From NCBI GenBank assembly GCA_963765295.1, contig CAVXVO010000004.1, forward strand, positions 349,059 through 413,058: DNA of 64,000 nucleotides, written 5' to 3'. Shown in pieces: positions 62,907 through 64,000 of this stretch (its first letter is position 1; each line of letters begins with the position of its first letter). This DNA is from an uncultured Actinomycetes bacterium (GTDB taxonomy: Bacteria > Actinomycetota > Thermoleophilia > Gaiellales > Gaiellaceae). The notes below the pieces were generated by a model. It ran no database searches. It was not told where the DNA came from and saw only the letters and a program-made list of their open reading frames with translations. Both the position numbers and the translations under genes were made by a program.

Positions 62907-64000
62907 ATGTCGAGTGTCTACGGTGCGTTCGACGACGCCGCCCGGGAGTACGTGATCCGGCGGCCGGACACGCCGTTGCCGTGGCTCAACTACCTCGGCC
63001 AGGATGACCTCTTCGGCCTCTGCACGAACACCGGAGGCGGCTACACGTTCTGGCGTGACGCGCGCTTGCGGCGGCTGACCCGCTACCGCTACAACGACGT
63101 GCCGCTCGATTCCGTCGGCCGCTACCTCTACGTCAACGACGGCGGCAGCGTCTGGAACCCCGGCTGGAAGCCCACCAAAGCGCAACTCGACCGTTACGAG
63201 TGCCGGCACGGACTCGGCTACACGCGCATCCTCGGGGCGAAGGACGGCATCGAAGCCGAACTCTGCTTCTTCGTGCCGCCCGGCGACGACGTCGAGGTAT
63301 GGCGGACGACTGTGCGCAACACGAGCTGTTCAGCGAAGGAGCTGCGGCTCTTCTCCTACGTCGAGTTCTGCCTCTACGAGGCGCTGAACGACATGTCGAA
63401 CTTCCAGCGGACCTACTCGATCGGGGAGGTCGACGTCGAGCGCTCGGGAGCGGCGATCTTCCATACCACCGAGCTCCGCGAGCGGCGGGCCCACGTGACG
63501 CTGTTCGGCTGCACTCGGGACGTCACCGGCTTCGACACGTCGCGCGACGGCTTCGCCGGCGTCCACAACGGCCTGCACGAGGCCGCGGTGCCGTCCGCGG
63601 GCTGCGCCACCGGGAGCGTTGCGCACGGCTGGAACCCCGTTGGCTCGCACCAGGTCGACCTGCGGCTCGAGCCCGGTGCGGAGGAAACCTTCTCCTTCCT
63701 GCTCGCCTACGTCGACGAGGGCGGGACAACGAGCGGGCCTGGAGCTGCTCGACCGCTATTCGAATCCCGCCGCGGTCGACGACGCGCTGGCGCGACTCGC
63801 TGCATTCTGGGACGAGCTGCTGTCCGGCTTCCAGGTCGAATGCCCCGACCCGCATCTCCGGCGGATGCTGAACACCTGGAACCAGTACCAGTGCATGGCC
63901 ACCTTCAACTTGTCGCGCTCGGCCAGCCTGTTCGAGACCGGCATCGGCCGCGGCATGGGCTTCCGCGACTCGAACCAGGACGTGCTCGGCTTCGTCCACC
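62907..64000 (+). pseudogene. GH94 glycoside phosphorylase (cellobiose/chitobiose phosphorylase family), 5' part; runs off the window; +1 frameshift about 63715-63740
   Basis: ATG at 62907. MSSVYGAFDDAAREYVIRRPDTPLPWLNYLG...RYRYNDVPLDSVGRYLYV is a typical GH94 N-terminus. After ...[10 protein letters not shown] the conserved sequence ([20 protein letters not shown]...[20 protein letters not shown]) continues in the next frame. It is absent from the ORF track because it has no stop in the window. Confidence 0.8.

Overview
This is a very GC-rich window with Actinomycetota-like gene content. I saw no rRNA genes and no CRISPR array.

**Left 38 kb: ordinary chromosome.**
- It carries PPK2, tRNA-Tyr and tRNA-Thr, and an ArsR operon with two AHSA1/SRPBCC genes.
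- It has a cytoplasmic AmiC-like sensor next to a GerE-type HTH.
- It has stress and dormancy-type genes: YciE/F-like, DUF6458, Ku, DUF6328, an encapsulated-ferritin-like protein and Hsp15.
- It has redox enzymes, a MocR/Leu-Val dehydrogenase pair, and a c-di-GMP neighbourhood (STAS, GGDEF-EAL, DUF1996, GGDEF-HD-GYP).
- It ends with an RpoD-family sigma factor and a fused homocysteine methyltransferase/MTHFR gene.

**Main structural feature.** An intact tRNA-Asp(GTC) lies at 38745-38818. Its 3' half is repeated exactly at 50259-50307 (49 bp) and at 59814-59857 (44 bp). These three copies delimit two tandem tRNA-flanked islands.
- **Island A (about 11.4 kb).** It has a translationally coupled rep-like/xis/int module with a frameshifted tyrosine integrase. 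A 22-bp double ATGTCAGC motif sits just inside both ends. Its cargo includes an Lsr2-N-like protein, TatA, two GT-C glycosyltransferases, a kinase remnant and an HNH-domain protein.
- **Island B (about 9.5 kb).** It has no integrase. It carries a compact eukaryote-style Kennedy-like head-group cluster: a PCYT-like cytidylyltransferase, a SAM methyltransferase, and a CDP-alcohol phosphatidyltransferase fused to an HxD...H oxygenase-like domain. It also carries a PotDBCA-type importer translationally coupled to an ABC exporter with a C-terminal cNMP-binding domain.

**Right of the third repeat.** There is a split PEP-utilising (rifampicin-phosphotransferase-like) gene pair whose ATP-grasp subunit also carries a cNMP domain, followed by a GH94 phosphorylase that runs off the window.

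**Frameshifts.** Five otherwise well-conserved genes are interrupted by single-nucleotide frameshifts: the sigma factor, the MTHFR fusion, the integrase, the PotA-like ATPase and GH94. All five lie in the right-hand 28 kb. Sequence error must be excluded before reading biology into them.

**Limits.** All functional calls come from motifs I recognise in the translations. No database search was run.
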